Assembly (NCBI GenBank): GCA_963766715.1
Contig: CAVYBH010000001.1
Coordinates: 32,001-96,000, forward strand
Direction of reading: 5' to 3'
DNA: 64,000 nucleotides
Source of the DNA: an uncultured delta proteobacterium
GTDB lineage: Bacteria; Myxococcota; Myxococcia; Myxococcales; Anaeromyxobacteraceae
How positions within the stretch are numbered: the stretch's first letter is position 1; the number at the start of each line of letters is the position of its first letter. Positions 62,666-64,000 of the stretch are shown in pieces. Below the pieces are notes generated by a model. That model did no database searches. It saw only the letters and a program-made list of their open reading frames with translations, and was not told the DNA's origin. The translations under genes were made by a program, and so were the position numbers.

Positions 62666-63640
62666 CTACCTCCTAGCGAGTGGCGCATCGCGCCCACGCC
62701 GCCGACCCGGGCCCTCTCGGACCCCTTCCACCCTCGCCGGAGCGGGCCTCCCGCCCGCACCGTCCTGCACGCCGCCCGCGCCCGACAGCCGGACTGCCAC
62801 CCGATCCGGGTGGTTCCGATCGTCGAGGTGAATCACCTCGGCCTTGCGACCCTCGGCGCGGAGCGCCTCGAGAACGCGATGCAGCCGGCCGAGCTTCTGC
62901 GGCAGGTCCCCCTGACCGAGGCGGACCTGCGTTCCCTCGTCGCCGACGTAGAGGGTGACCCCCCAGTCGTCGTCGAGGTGAATCTCCTGGACGGGCGCGA
63001 GCGGGACGAGCCCCTCGCGCGCGTACTCGTCGAGCAGGGCCAGCGCCCCGCGCAGCCGCGCCTCGACCACCGCGCGCCGCTGGGAGTAGTCGTCCCGCCC
63101 GAAGCCGGTCACGACCGGCAGGTCCAGCCCGTCGCCGGCGGCGGCGCGCTTGAAGACCTGCGCGTCGCGGTCGACGAGGTAGGTGCCGCCCAGGTCGACG
63201 AGCGCGCGGGGCTCCCGCTCGGTGACGGTGATCTCGAGGGCCGGGGGAAGCCGCCGCCGGACGACCGCGGTGGCCACCCAGGGGTGCCGGGACGCGGCCC
63301 GCTCCACCGCGTCGACGTCGGCCGCGAGCAGGTTGTCGCCCGGCTTCACCGGCGAGAGGGCCTCGATCTCCGACGCGGCGGCGCGCGAGGCGCCGACCAC
63401 CCGGATCGAGGCGATGCGCAGCGCTTCACCCTTGGTGACGTAGCCCCAGCCGGTGATCACGGCGGCGCCGAGTCCGACGGCGCCGAGGCCCCACAGCGCC
63501 GCGAGCGTGAGCCCATGGCGAAGGGCTCCCGGAGGGGCCTTGGGCCCCGGGTCCACACGTCGCCTGTTGCGCGCCCGCGCCACCGCCACCGCCTCCCTGC
63601 CCCCAGCCCGACCACGCCGCTTGCGGGCGGTATCGCCCAA
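62666..63640 (-). CDS. ftsQ: Cell division protein FtsQ/DivIB
   Basis: TM followed by POTRA (HPWV..A.V.RRLP..L.I...ER), LPVVTG; upstream of ftsA. Confidence 0.85.
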   Translation of the reverse strand: MGDTARKRRGRAGGREAVAVARARNRRRVDPGPKAPPGALRHGLTLAALWGLGAVGLGAAVITGWGYVTKGEALRIASIRVVGASRAAASEIEALSPVKPGDNLLAADVDAVERAASRHPWVATAVVRRRLPPALEITVTEREPRALVDLGGTYLVDRDAQVFKRAAAGDGLDLPVVTGFGRDDYSQRRAVVEARLRGALALLDEYAREGLVPLAPVQEIHLDDDWGVTLYVGDEGTQVRLGQGDLPQKLGRLHRVLEALRAEGRKAEVIHLDDRNHPDRVAVRLSGAGGVQDGAGGRPAPARVEGVREGPGRRRGRDAPLARR

Positions 63641-63758
63641 CTCGGCAGAATGCCCGAGCGGGCAATCCTGTCCAGTAATTTCAAGGTCCCACGGGGGCGG
63701 GACGATGTCAGACCCCCCGCTTGGGGCTGGCCGGGACGAGGGCCCGCGGGTGCGGCGC

Positions 63759-64000
63759 TCAGGCCTTCAGCGAGGCGCCCTCGAGCAGCCTCTCGCAGAG
63801 GTCCGGGAAGGTGATGCCCTTGCCCGCCGCAATCTTCGGGACGAGCGAGGTCCCGGTCATGCCGGGCAGGGTGTTCACCTCGAGGATGAAGGGGGTCCCG
63901 TCGGCGGCCACGATGAAGTCGACGCGGGCCGCGCCGGCGCAGCCGAGCGCGCGATAGGCCGTCCCGGCGTCCGTGCAGACCCGCCCGGTGACCTCCGGCG
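63759..64000 (-). CDS. ddl: D-alanine--D-alanine ligase, 3' part
   Basis: RVDFI....[22 protein letters not shown]. Confidence 0.92.
   Translation of the reverse strand, partial: PEVTGRVCTDAGTAYRALGCAGAARVDFIVAADGTPFILEVNTLPGMTGTSLVPKIAAGKGITFPDLCERLLEGASLKA

Overview
Very GC-rich chromosomal segment, most consistent with an Anaeromyxobacter-like member of Myxococcota (pomZ/pomX, MXAN_5808-type protease, multiheme cytochrome, Geobacter-like nif genes). Many single-base indels break otherwise intact genes, including essential alaS, so the sequence is probably an incompletely polished long-read assembly; frameshifted genes are reported as whole loci. The centrepiece is a ~16 kb Mo-nitrogenase island (8.8-24.7 kb): an HTH/PBP (TaoR-like) regulator, modA, an uncharacterised beta-barrel, draG, draT, nifA, a GNAT, then nifH-D-K-EN-X-fdx-B-W, with recognisable sigma54 promoters and a NifA UAS. 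The rest is mostly housekeeping: sthA, dapCDE, radC, vapBC, ssb, dacB, queC, gshA, dusB, mltD-like, trmB, alaS and ddl-ftsQAZ. It also holds an orphan DNA methyltransferase, a Fur-box-controlled beta-barrel and a structured non-coding region after alaS. No rRNA, tRNA, CRISPR array or transposase was recognised. All family calls come from motif recognition by eye; no database search was run.
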